This document shows positions 63,257-64,000 of a DNA stretch of 64,000 nucleotides, in pieces. A program made the translations under genes and the position numbers. This stretch comes from the human T2T-CHM13v2.0 reference genome, Homo sapiens: assembly GCF_009914755.1 (NCBI RefSeq), contig NC_060946.1, one strand, 5' to 3'. A model generated the notes under the pieces. It saw nothing but the letters and a program-made list of their open reading frames with translations. It was not told the origin of the DNA and did no database searches. Numbering within the stretch: the first letter of the stretch is position 1; the number at the start of each line of letters is the position of its first letter.

Positions 63257-64000
63257 ATGTGAATTTTTTTATCCAAAAAGAACCCCGTTTTCCTGCCTAC
63301 CTACCTCATCCTTAAAAAATTTTTAAATCTATTTCCAAAGGAAATTATGTAAATTTGTAAATAGAGCATTTCTGTAGAATTTTTTTGGAAACGATGTCTC
63401 ACTCTGTCACCAAGGATGGAGTGCAATGGACTCCATGGCTCACTGCAACCTTGACCTCCTGGGCTCAAGTGATCCTCCTGCCTCAGCCTCCTGAGTGGCT
63501 GGGAGGCATGTTTTGAAGGGAATGGCTGGACTGCGGGATTTTCCACCCGCTTCGTACGCTTCCCGTCTGTTCTCAATGAGCACGACCGACTTTTCAATAC
63601 AGGGGCTGAATCAGCCTCCACCCGCTTCATACACTTGCTGTCTGTTCTCAATGAGCATGACTGACTGAAACAGAGGGGCTAAATCAAGCTCAGAAGGGAA
63701 TGCACAGATTGGGCGGGTGCACTGCTGCCCTCCACAGACTCAAGTCAGACACCGGCTCCGTCTCTCCTGGACTGGAATGTACCGTGACCTCCAAGGGAAG
63801 CTCTGTGTTTCTCATTTTAACCTCGGTCATTTTAAGGCAGGAACTGTGGCCAGTTGGGGGTGTCATACTCATTTCTGGCAAGGGAACAAATAAATTTAAA
63901 AACCTACAGGAGAAGGCCTTGAGCCACACGCTGAGCTGCCCTGGGGCTCCACATGCTCCCCATACTCATCACAGAGTGGGCTCAGACCCTGCACACTCAG

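Overview
Human (primate) genomic DNA, GC-rich and repeat-dense. It is recognisable as distal 22q13.33 because the right end holds the last five coding exons and 3' UTR of BRD1 (BRPF2) on the minus strand (PWWP-domain end, ...PTSDLSDID-stop at 58529). The other ~57 kb is downstream intergenic sequence: many Alus, old L1M/L1PB fragments, a 5'-truncated L1PA with a 19-bp TSD, MaLR/ERV LTRs (MLT1, MLT2, THE1, MST, MER41-type, LTR10-type), a MER2 DNA transposon, a tail-less 7SK retrocopy, an RPL5 processed pseudogene, two orphan CpG-rich islands and many minisatellites. Almost all listed ORFs are spurious. I see no strong evidence for a new protein-coding system. The most interesting pattern is regulatory: minisatellites born inside LTRs multiply transcription-factor-like motifs. 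The best case is a 10x33-bp RFX X-box-like array next to a GAS/BCL6 site and two octamers in a MER41-type LTR. Repeat subfamily names and pseudogene numbers are from memory and need RepeatMasker/annotation checks; repeat boundaries are approximate.
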